NCBI GenBank assembly: GCA_002401695.1
Contig: NVTV01000001.1
Coordinates: forward strand, 615,604-679,603
Source: Alphaproteobacteria bacterium
GTDB lineage: Bacteria; Pseudomonadota; Alphaproteobacteria; Micavibrionales; Micavibrionaceae
DNA length: 64,000 bases
Direction of reading: 5' to 3'
The notes below the pieces were generated by a model. That model saw only the letters and a program-made list of their open reading frames with translations, did not search any database and was not told the origin of the DNA. A program made the translations under genes and the position numbers. Positions 37,721-45,973 of the stretch are shown here, in pieces; the first letter of the stretch is position 1, and every line of letters begins with the position of its first letter.

Positions 37721-39244
37721 ATGAATAACACCTTCTCAATGTTGGAATTACTAACCACGGTTTTCGTGTTTTCACTTGGGTTAATTATTTTGACTATCAT
37801 AACCCTGTTTATTATCGACATCACACAAACCAAAGATGCCGTGCGCAAAAACTATCCCGTTTTAGGGCGCTTCCGCTCTCTATTCTCAACTCTAGGAGAA
37901 TTCTTTCGCCAATATTTTTTTGCTATGGATCGCGAAGAAATGCCCTTTAACCGCGCAGAACGTGAATGGATATACCATGCAGCCAAAGACGATGACAACA
38001 CCGTAGCCTTCGGCTCAACCAAATCTTTATCCCCGTCAGGCACAATTATTTTTGCAAATTGCCCCTTCCCTACCCTTGAAAAAGATGCCGCCCGTACCGA
38101 GCCAATGACCATCGGGCCTTACTGCAACCAGCCATACGCCGCGAAATCATTCTTTAACATCTCTGCGATGAGCTACGGCTCACTCTCCGCGCCTGCGATA
38201 CGCGCCCTCTCTGCCGGTGCGCACAAAGCGGGATGCTGGCTAAACACCGGTGAAGGCGGCCTATCACCGCACCACCTTAAAGGCGGCGCAGATATCATCA
38301 TGCAAATCGGAACCGCTAAATACGGTGTCCGCGATGAAAACGGCCTCATGTGCGATGAAAAGTTAAAAGAAGTCGCCGCACATAAACAAGTAAAAATGTT
38401 TGAGGTCAAACTCTCCCAAGGCGCAAAACCCGGCAAAGGTGGCATCCTGCCCGGCTCAAAAGTCACCGCAAACATCGCCAACATACGCGGCATACCGGAG
38501 GGGCAAGATTCCATTTCCCCCAACCGTCACCCTGAAATCAATTCAGTTGATGATTTACTGGACTTCATTCATCGCGTACGCGCAGTCACCGGAAAACCAA
38601 CAGGGTTTAAAAGCGTTCTGGGCGGATATGAATGGATTGAAGAATTGTGCCAAAAAGTGCATGCACGCGGCATCAAAAGCGCCCCTGATTTTATAACACT
38701 GGATAGCGGCGATGGCGGCACAGGCGCCGCACCCATGCCATTGATCGATAATGTTGGCTTACAAATCAAAGAATCTTTGCCGATGCTTTCTGATATTTTA
38801 CACAAGTACGGCTTGCGAGAGCGTATTAAAATTGTGGTGTCAGGGAAACTAATCACCCCCGCCGAGGTTGCTTGGGCAATTTGCACAGGCGCGGATTTCA
38901 TCAACTCCGCCCGCGGTTTCATGTTTTCCTTAGGCTGCATTCAAGCCATGAAATGCAACAAGAACACCTGCCCAACAGGCATCACAACCCATAACAAACG
39001 CCTGCAAAAAGGCTTGGATCCGGCAGATAAAGCCGCCAAAGTGTCTAACTATTGCTTGAATCTTGTACATGATGTTGAGGTTATCGCGCATTCATGCGGC
39101 GTAAGCGAACCGCGCCTTCTGCGCCGTAAGCATTTACGCATTGTTCAAGATAACGGAGGCTCTATTCCAATGAGTGAGCTTTACCCCAGACCTGAAATAC
39201 TGCCAAAATATGCACACACAAACATAAAGAAAAAAGCATTATAA
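37721..39244 (+). CDS. FMN-binding glutamate synthase family protein
   Basis: An N-terminal TM segment followed by a GltS FMN-domain pattern (ISAMSYGSLS, GEGG, KLSQGAKPG.GG.LPG, DSGDGGTGAAP). Confidence 0.85.
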   Translation: MNNTFSMLELLTTVFVFSLGLIILTIITLFIIDITQTKDAVRKNYPVLGRFRSLFSTLGEFFRQYFFAMDREEMPFNRAEREWIYHAAKDDDNTVAFGSTKSLSPSGTIIFANCPFPTLEKDAARTEPMTIGPYCNQPYAAKSFFNISAMSYGSLSAPAIRALSAGAHKAGCWLNTGEGGLSPHHLKGGADIIMQIGTAKYGVRDENGLMCDEKLKEVAAHKQVKMFEVKLSQGAKPGKGGILPGSKVTANIANIRGIPEGQDSISPNRHPEINSVDDLLDFIHRVRAVTGKPTGFKSVLGGYEWIEELCQKVHARGIKSAPDFITLDSGDGGTGAAPMPLIDNVGLQIKESLPMLSDILHKYGLRERIKIVVSGKLITPAEVAWAICTGADFINSARGFMFSLGCIQAMKCNKNTCPTGITTHNKRLQKGLDPADKAAKVSNYCLNLVHDVEVIAHSCGVSEPRLLRRKHLRIVQDNGGSIPMSELYPRPEILPKYAHTNIKKKAL

Positions 39245-40651
39245 AGCAGGAGCGTTTTTAAGTTGCAGCACACCCATATTATTCTCATCGCCCTGATCCA
39301 TGCGTCCAAGACTGTGTAGCGCGCTGCCACCCTCTCTTTCCCACATAAACTCGATTTGAGCAACATTTAAAACCTTACCTGTAACCGCACTGGTAAAAAC
39401 CATCTCGGGAGCGGCAAAATGCACTTCAACATCATCTTTGTTCATGCCCAATGGACCGGAGAAATGCTTCCCCCGCGCCAAAGCGATTTGCTCCACATCA
39501 TCATTCTGTTTTGAATTTCCGCCCGAAGCAAAACCAGAGAAATTTAAAACAGAAATATGTGCATGCGCATAACGCTGCATTCTGGATAAATATTGTTCAT
39601 CATAAGATGCTACGCCATCGTTAATTTCAAGAATTTCGCCATGGTTCAAGGCTTCCTTAACGTAGCCTTCCAAATCATTCGAATCAAACTCAACGCCATC
39701 AGCCTGAGCATATTTAGCCATATTATTCAAAATATCACGTCCCGTAGTTTTCTCTATCAAATACGCTAAACATATCTTGTTTTTAACGTCATCAGATTGC
39801 CCCCATCGTTCACCAAGGTCTTCCAAAGACGTACTGCCATTTATAAAGCCAGCATATTCATCCGATTGAGCAAATAATTTCATCGCCACTTTATATTGCA
39901 CCGTATGTGCCTGCAATTCATTCAAATGTATGAGTTCACGGAAATTATCGGGCTCTTCCGCCACTGCGGCCAGCATGCCCTCTCTATTTTGAACGTGGTG
40001 ACATCCTTCATGCATCAACCCAAGGGCAAGGATGGCAACTTTCGTTTTCTCGTCCAAATCAGGCGCGTAAGTCACCTTCATCTCTGATCTTTCAGGAAAA
40101 TATTGCGCCGACGTCGCCATGCCCTCATAGCCGGGCTGCACCCTAATCACCACATTATCTTCTTTCAAAATGCGTAAAATTTCATCGCACTCATCAAAAC
40201 CAATATCCTCAAGCGTCTTCGTCACAGACCTTAACAAGCCCGCATTCGGACCACCATCATAATCGCCATCCAAATCGGACATCGTAAAGCGCACAGGATC
40301 ATCATTTCTATCTGTAAATAACCGATCAGATAAGTTTAACTTTTCCTGCCGCAAAGCCGGTGTGCCCTTGCCCTGTTTCTCCAACATACTAATTAAATTA
40401 ACAAAAACCATATTGGCGTCATCTGCCAAAGACTGATCACCATTGGTCACAACGGTAATGTGCTCATCTGAAACATACGCATTCGGCACGGCGCGCGCTT
40501 TTTCTTGCACTTTGATCGCCGGTGTATCCGCCGCCTTAAGAATTTCCCGCTCATGCTCCCCCTTGCTACGCACAGCATTAACAATTTTGGCCTCCAACGA
40601 CCATGCCGTTAAGCTCCTAAAACGCTCAGCAATTGAGGAAATGCCATTCAT
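39239..40651 (-). CDS. hypothetical protein with HExxH motif (putative zincin-like)
   Basis: Long ORF with LGLMHEGCHHVQ. No signal peptide or family recognised. The start is uncertain (ATG 40651 chosen; the ORF is open to TTG 40768). Confidence 0.5.
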   Translation of the reverse strand: MNGISSIAERFRSLTAWSLEAKIVNAVRSKGEHEREILKAADTPAIKVQEKARAVPNAYVSDEHITVVTNGDQSLADDANMVFVNLISMLEKQGKGTPALRQEKLNLSDRLFTDRNDDPVRFTMSDLDGDYDGGPNAGLLRSVTKTLEDIGFDECDEILRILKEDNVVIRVQPGYEGMATSAQYFPERSEMKVTYAPDLDEKTKVAILALGLMHEGCHHVQNREGMLAAVAEEPDNFRELIHLNELQAHTVQYKVAMKLFAQSDEYAGFINGSTSLEDLGERWGQSDDVKNKICLAYLIEKTTGRDILNNMAKYAQADGVEFDSNDLEGYVKEALNHGEILEINDGVASYDEQYLSRMQRYAHAHISVLNFSGFASGGNSKQNDDVEQIALARGKHFSGPLGMNKDDVEVHFAAPEMVFTSAVTGKVLNVAQIEFMWEREGGSALHSLGRMDQGDENNMGVLQLKNAPAL

Positions 40652-40879
40652 ATATTTATACTTCACCCATTGTTTTTTATTATATTGTGCAACATATGTA
40701 TGAAAATGGCAAATTCCAAACAAACGCAATGATTGCATATAAGATGAAAACGCTTGATATTCCGCCAATCACTGCAATTTGACAAAGCCGCGAAATATAG
40801 ATAAACTTGGGCTATAAAAATAAAATAATGTGCTCTCTATGTAAGAGCAGTGATAATAATGCAATATATGGGTGTTTAA

Positions 40880-41689
40880 ATGGTTTCAGTGGTTCCGACC
40901 GTCAGTATGACGGTTCTATGTTCACAATTTCTTCAAACAGCGGCGTCAGATAACGCCTATGGTGGATATTGTGCGAAAGGTGTCGCCAATATACTAGAAG
41001 CCTCCGGCCTTGGATACACAAGAGGCAATGCACACACATGGGATGAAACCCTACCCGAAAATGGTTGGCAAATGCTGGAAGGCGTTACACCGGAAAATGC
41101 CCCTCCGGGCGCAGTTCTGGTTTATGATCGCGACACAAATTATCAAGGTAAAGGCGGTGGCGCGCAGTATGGGCATGTTGAAATTGTCGCTGTTGATGCC
41201 AATGGCGATAGAAAATATGTATCAGATGCGGCGCGCTCCAATTGGGGTGGCACAGTTCCCGGTAACTTTGTCGGGGTTTACATCAATCCAAAACTACACC
41301 AGCCAGTAGAAAACGGTTCTTATTCAACGACTCTTCTGGCGTCTAACACACCAAGCACAAATAGCCCATCGAACGGCTCAGACACACCGCAAGTATTTCA
41401 AGACGCTGAACGCCAACGTCGGGAAATTAATGACCTTATTCTGCGTAACGCCCAACTTGGCAACGACCAACCCAACACGACACAAGATTTCAATGATGCC
41501 GCAAATGCAACACACTTTATTCTACTCGCCGCAATATTAGAAGTTGTGTTCGGTGTGAAGATGGACCTTGCACCGGCAACGGACGCGTCAACCACGGAAC
41601 AAACCGCATTGGTTGAAGCGACGCCAGATACATTTACAGCGGCAAGCACTGAAAACACAGCAAATACCGTAACCACCATCGGAATATAA
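40880..41689 (+). CDS. hypothetical protein with Cys/His papain-like (CHAP / NlpC-P60-like) N-domain and S/T/N-rich tail
   Basis: GGYCAKGVANIL...PPGAVLVY...YGHVEIV has the spacing of CHAP-type amidases. The C-terminal half is low-complexity. Confidence 0.45.
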   Translation: MVSVVPTVSMTVLCSQFLQTAASDNAYGGYCAKGVANILEASGLGYTRGNAHTWDETLPENGWQMLEGVTPENAPPGAVLVYDRDTNYQGKGGGAQYGHVEIVAVDANGDRKYVSDAARSNWGGTVPGNFVGVYINPKLHQPVENGSYSTTLLASNTPSTNSPSNGSDTPQVFQDAERQRREINDLILRNAQLGNDQPNTTQDFNDAANATHFILLAAILEVVFGVKMDLAPATDASTTEQTALVEATPDTFTAASTENTANTVTTIGI

Positions 41690-42217
41690 ATTTGCCCCTA
41701 ACCGCCTCTCACAGTGGTTAGAATATGCAACGTGATAGAATTCTCAAAAAACACAAGAATCCAGAGCCTGCCTACCCTCTAATGCAGGGTATAGCGCTCG
41801 ATTCAATCTCAAATCAGACGCCTCGATCCCCCTTGAAGAACGTAAAAGCTTTTTGGACACGCCCCATTCAGCTTATTTTCACTTGCTTGCTTGCTTGCTT
41901 AATGCACACCAACGCCTCAGCCGGTAAATACATCAAGAACCACGGCATCATTACCCCCCCCAAAAAAACCACCACCTCACTTTAGGCACAAAATTTGCTT
42001 CTCATGTCTATAGGGTACAAAGGATTGTGTGCCTAAAATTCAGGCTTAAGTGTCTGATAAAAAAGAAAGATGAGCATGTGCACGACAGGAAGACGTGATG
42101 TGACATCGTTGGTTTATTATGACAACCCCGGCAAAATGTGCCGATTGGGCAAGCCTTTCTGCGCGCTTTTTTCAGGCAATTTTTTCCCAGATCACTCTTG
42201 GAAAGGAGGTGTAAATC

Positions 42218-43543
42218 ATGGCTGATTTTCCTCCTTTAAGTAGCGCAATACGCAATAACCTTTTGGCGTCCTATAAAACACAAAGGCTTATCGATGATAC
42301 GACACTGCGCCTGGCCAGCGGTTTGGATGTAAGTTCCGCATTGGATAATCCGGATAATTTCTTTACGTCCAAAGCTCTAAAATTCCGTGCAGATGATTTA
42401 AGCCGTCGCCTTGATGGCATGGCTCAAAGCATTCGCGCTTTAGAAGAAGCTGATAACGGCATACAGGCCTCTTTGGAACTTCTTGATCTGGCTGATTCAT
42501 ACCTCTTGGATATGTTGGAGCGGTATAACGCAGGCGAATTTGAATTTGCCGATGGCGCACCTATAAATATTACCCCCATCCGGCCTAATGCAGGTGATTT
42601 CATCGGCTATGCTGGAAGCCAAGATAGTGGCGCCCCTGTGACTGTGACCAATGACGGTGAAGATTTTACATTAGCCGGAAACCTATGGAAAAGGCTCTTT
42701 ATTGATTACACCATTACGCCGGATACGGTTTTGGAGTTTGAATATGCAAGCACAACTACCCCTGAAATATCAGCCATCGGCTTTGATAATGACAGCGCCT
42801 TCAATAACGACAGCGACCGCTTTTTCTTAAATGGTACGCAATTTATTGGTGTGCCTTATTCTGCATCCATCCCGACATACCAATATACTGGCGCTGGCGC
42901 TTATCAAAGCTACTCAATACCGGTAGGGGCATTTTTCACAGGTAACTTTGATTACATCACATTTATCAATGACGATGATCTGACTCCGACAGGAAATGCA
43001 ATGTTCCGCAATGTCTCCTTAAGGGAAGGCCCAATAGAACTTGCCCCCCCTGCAGCAGCCCCTTTACAAGAAGGCTATGAATACATTTTAAAGCAACTGA
43101 ACCAGTTAGCAGAAGATGCGCATTACCGAGGTATCCAGCTTTTAAAAGATGAAAATCTGGAAGTCATATTTAACGAAAATGGTTCAAGCAAATTATTAAT
43201 TGAAGGCATAAATGGAAGCGCAAACGGCCTTGGTTTACTTTCCGGTGATTTAAATTCCATTAAAGCCATTGAAGAAGAAATCGACGAAATCAAGAAAGCG
43301 CGTGAAATACTGCGGGCATTTGGAACTACAATCGCATCAGATTTGGGCATTATCCAAACACGGCAGACCTTTACACGCGCGACAATTAATACACTCTTGC
43401 GCGGCGCCGATGATCTTACTGTTGCAGATCAAAACGAAGAAGGCGCAAACCTTCTGGCACTTCAAACAAGACAAACATTGGGACAAACAGCACTATCATT
43501 AAGTCTGCAAGGCGCAGGAAGTATTTTGAACCTATTCGCATAG
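42218..43543 (+). CDS. flagellin-like protein with non-canonical central domain
   Basis: Strong SD GGAAAGGAGG. The N-terminus (LRLASGLDVSSALDNPDNFFTSKAL.FRADDL) and C-terminus (GANLLALQTRQTLGQTALSLSLQ....ILNLF) resemble alphaproteobacterial DUF1522-type flagellins. The middle roughly 170 aa are unrelated. Confidence 0.6.
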   Translation: MADFPPLSSAIRNNLLASYKTQRLIDDTTLRLASGLDVSSALDNPDNFFTSKALKFRADDLSRRLDGMAQSIRALEEADNGIQASLELLDLADSYLLDMLERYNAGEFEFADGAPINITPIRPNAGDFIGYAGSQDSGAPVTVTNDGEDFTLAGNLWKRLFIDYTITPDTVLEFEYASTTTPEISAIGFDNDSAFNNDSDRFFLNGTQFIGVPYSASIPTYQYTGAGAYQSYSIPVGAFFTGNFDYITFINDDDLTPTGNAMFRNVSLREGPIELAPPAAAPLQEGYEYILKQLNQLAEDAHYRGIQLLKDENLEVIFNENGSSKLLIEGINGSANGLGLLSGDLNSIKAIEEEIDEIKKAREILRAFGTTIASDLGIIQTRQTFTRATINTLLRGADDLTVADQNEEGANLLALQTRQTLGQTALSLSLQGAGSILNLFA

Positions 43544-43552
43544 CCCTTAAAC

Positions 43553-43583
43553 TGAATAGCCCCTATAAAAGTAGACACCTTGC
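43553..43583. repeat. IS left terminal inverted repeat (TGAATAGCCCCTATAAAAGTAGACACCTTGC)
   Basis: 31/31 match to the reverse complement of 44772..44802. Confidence 0.9.
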
Positions 43584-43613
43584 AGTGTATAAAACAGAAG
43601 CAAGGAGACTACG

Positions 43614-43925
43614 ATGTCAGGACAACGTTACACAGAAGAATTTAAGCGCGATGCAGTATCGCAATTTAAGGATCGGGGGTATTCCGTCAAAGAGGTTTCG
43701 GAGCGCCTTGGTATCGGCACCAAATCCTTGCATGATTGGACGAGGCTTTATCACAAGCCAGCAAAAACCCTTCAAAGAGATAATGAACAATTGGCTGAGA
43801 TACGGCGTTTAAAATCTGAGCTGGCACGAGTGACAGAAGAGCGCAATATCCTAAAAAAGGCCACGGCGTATTTATGCCATCTTGGTACTTCGCAAGGGAT
43901 GCCGATTGAAGTACGCCTTCATTAA
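43614..43925 (+). CDS. IS3-family transposase OrfA (HTH)
   Basis: MSGQRYTEEFKRDAVSQ...YSVKEVSERLGI...LHDW..., then a leucine-zipper region and ILKKATAY. Confidence 0.8.
   Translation: MSGQRYTEEFKRDAVSQFKDRGYSVKEVSERLGIGTKSLHDWTRLYHKPAKTLQRDNEQLAEIRRLKSELARVTEERNILKKATAYLCHLGTSQGMPIEVRLH
43853..43859 (+). promoter_or_regulatory. A AAA AAG slippery heptamer (IS3-type -1 frameshift site)
   Basis: In phase with orfA (CTA AAA AAG). In this copy, however, the -1 frame closes after 16 codons. Confidence 0.5.
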
Positions 43926-44772
43926 GGCGCGCATCGTTCAGTATTTTCAATCTGCGCAATGTGCCGAGTTTTGGGTGTTCAGCGCAGTGGTTTTTATGCT
44001 TGGTTTAAAGCGCCATTCAGCAAGGCTATCCAAAGATAACCGACGTCTGACGGGCTTAATAAAGCAAGCATGGTTAGAATCTGGCTGCGTCTACGGATAT
44101 CGTAAAATTCATGATGATTTACATTGTTTGGGGGAAACCTTAAGCCCGAACCACACAGCGCGCCTTATGCAAGGGACTGGGATCAAAGCGCAAATCGGCT
44201 ACAAGCGAAAGCCTGGTTCTTACGGTGGTAGCCCTGCCATCGTTGCCGAGAATAAGCTGGAGCAAAACTTTTATGTAGAGGCACCAGATCAGGTCTGGGT
44301 GACTGATATTACCTATATCAAGACACATGAAGGCTGGCTGTATTTGTGCGTTGTTCTGGATTTATATTCACGGCGCATTGTTGGTTGGCCTATGCAATCA
44401 CGGATGCAAATGGATCTTGTTTTAAGCGCTTTGCTGATGGCGGTATGGCGACGAAAACCAAAATCAAGCGTAACCATACATTCAGATCAAGGTAGTCAAT
44501 TTACCTCTCATGAGTGGCAAGACTTCCTTGCTAAGCATAATTTGGAAGCCAGCATGAGTAGACGTGGAAATTGTTATGATAATGCAGTGGCTGAAAGTTT
44601 TTTTCAATTACTGAAACGGGAGCGAATACGGTGAAAAACCTATGCTACACGCAAATCTGCACGGGATGACATTTTTGATTACATCGAATTTTTCTATAAT
44701 CCGAGAAGAAAGCATGGTAACAACAAAATGCTGTCGCCAATAGATTTTGAAAAACAGCAACTATGGAAGTAG
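43882..44772 (+). pseudogene. IS3-family transposase OrfB, disrupted (two internal frame changes plus an in-frame TGA)
   Basis: Conserved blocks lie in different frames. LKYAFIKA is in the +1 frame, HRSVFSICAMCRVLGVQRSGFYAWFKAPFSKAIQ is in the orfA frame, and the DDE core is back in +1. TGA 44632..44634 interrupts ERIR*KTYATR, with 45 further conserved codons up to TAG 44770..44772. Confidence 0.75.
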
Positions 44773-44802
44773 CAAGGTGTCTACTTTTATAGGGGCTATT
44801 CA
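44772..44802. repeat. IS right terminal inverted repeat
   Basis: Reverse complement is identical to 43553..43583. Confidence 0.9.
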
Positions 44803-44960
44803 CTGAACAATTAGGAGCACCACATATTAAAGTTGCAGCATTTTTAGAAATCAGATAGATTTCGCGAAGTAACCTTAGCTGTCAGCTTACGGCTTAGGAT
44901 ATTGAGGGATATATAAAAATAAATAGTGCTCATTTATAACAATACAGCGGTCAAACAAGC

Positions 44961-45971
44961 ATGAATAAAAAAGTAATTTTAGTTACTGGCGGTGCCGGAT
45001 ATATTGGTTCTCATGTTTGTAAAGCCTTAAAGAATAGCGGCTTTATTCCACTTACCTATGATAATTTATCTTCTGGAAATATAGGAGCTGTTCAATGGGG
45101 TGCGTTTGAGCAAGGTGATATTCGAGATCAGGAAAATCTCTCTGCAATAATCAACAAATACAAGCCAATCGCTATTATGCATTTTGCCTCACTCATTCAG
45201 GTTGGTGACTCTGTCGTAAATCCTGCTGACTACTACAGTAATAATGTATTGGGGTCGTATAATTTACTTGAAGCTGCGAGAGAGAACAGCATTAAGCATA
45301 TAGTATTTTCTAGTACAGCAGCCGTGTATGGAATACCTACTGTAAAATTGATTAAAGAAAGTTCTACGCTATCTCCTATAAATCCTTATGGACATACAAA
45401 ACTTACTATGGAGAGTATGGCTAGAGATTATGCTCACGCCTATGGAATGCATAATGCTATTTTAAGGTACTTTAATGCGGCTGGTGCGGATCTCGATGCG
45501 GATACGGGAAGTGCTTACCCGCGGGATACTCATATTATACCGCTGTTAATGCAAGTGGCTGCGAAAACTATGCCGGAAATAAAAATATTTGGTACAGATT
45601 ACGATACAGAAGATGGTAGCGCAGTGCGCGACTATATACATGTGAAAGATCTTGCCGATGCCCATGTTAAATCATTAGAATACATACTAGAGCATGATCA
45701 GAGCATTACTCTTAACTTAGGCACAAATTGCGGTCACTCTGTTAAAGAAGTTATAGAATGCGTAAGGTCCGTGACGAAAGAAAATATTAAGTCCGTGGAA
45801 TGTGATAGACGCCAAGGTGATCCCGAAATATTAGTTGCAGATGCCTCTAAAGCCAGAGAACTTTTAGGCTGGAATCCTGAATATTCAGATTTAGAGACTA
45901 TCATCTCTAGTGCATGGAAATGGAAGTGTAAGCAATTAGAAAATAACGTCGTAAATGTGGGGGCTAAATAG
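44961..45971 (+). CDS. galE: UDP-glucose 4-epimerase
   Basis: VTGGAGYIGSH, the YxxxK motif (YGHTKL), and overall GalE-like sequence. Confidence 0.9.
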   Translation: MNKKVILVTGGAGYIGSHVCKALKNSGFIPLTYDNLSSGNIGAVQWGAFEQGDIRDQENLSAIINKYKPIAIMHFASLIQVGDSVVNPADYYSNNVLGSYNLLEAARENSIKHIVFSSTAAVYGIPTVKLIKESSTLSPINPYGHTKLTMESMARDYAHAYGMHNAILRYFNAAGADLDADTGSAYPRDTHIIPLLMQVAAKTMPEIKIFGTDYDTEDGSAVRDYIHVKDLADAHVKSLEYILEHDQSITLNLGTNCGHSVKEVIECVRSVTKENIKSVECDRRQGDPEILVADASKARELLGWNPEYSDLETIISSAWKWKCKQLENNVVNVGAK

Positions 45972-45973
45972 AG

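Larger units (their letters stand above)
43553..44802 (+). mobile_element. IS3-family insertion sequence, transposase decayed
   Basis: 1250 bp with TG...CA termini and perfect 31-bp terminal inverted repeats. It has the orfA/orfB architecture with an A AAA AAG heptamer and a DDE core (WVTDITY, HSDQGSQF, CYDNAVAESFF). Confidence 0.88.

Noticed and set aside
41725-41985. 86-aa plus-strand ORF between the CHAP-like and flagellin-like genes.
   Set aside because: It has no recognisable family or clear RBS, and it contains the SSR and homopolymer tracts. It is reported only as the location of those tracts.
42140-42147. GCCGATTG resembling the -10 element (GCCGATAA) of sigma-28 flagellar promoters, and a GG...GC pair resembling sigma-54, upstream of the flagellin-like gene.
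   Set aside because: No TAAA element lies at the required 15-nt spacing. The GG-N8-GC spacing is wrong for sigma-54, which needs N10.
43550-43552. Target-site duplications for the IS, the 78-bp element or the whole bracketed island.
   Set aside because: The 3-bp flanks are AAC/CTG for the IS, ATC/ATT for the 78-bp element and AAC/ATT for the island. None match, so no single clean insertion event can be claimed.
44632-44634. In-frame TGA codons (also 63474..63476), considered as evidence for stop-codon recoding (TGA as Trp, Sec or Arg).
   Set aside because: Many well-supported genes in the window terminate at TGA at the expected protein ends (ccoN, ccoO, ccoI, arsM). The second disrupted gene also has an in-frame TAA and a frameshift, and no SECIS-like context was seen. 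Ordinary pseudogenisation explains the observations.
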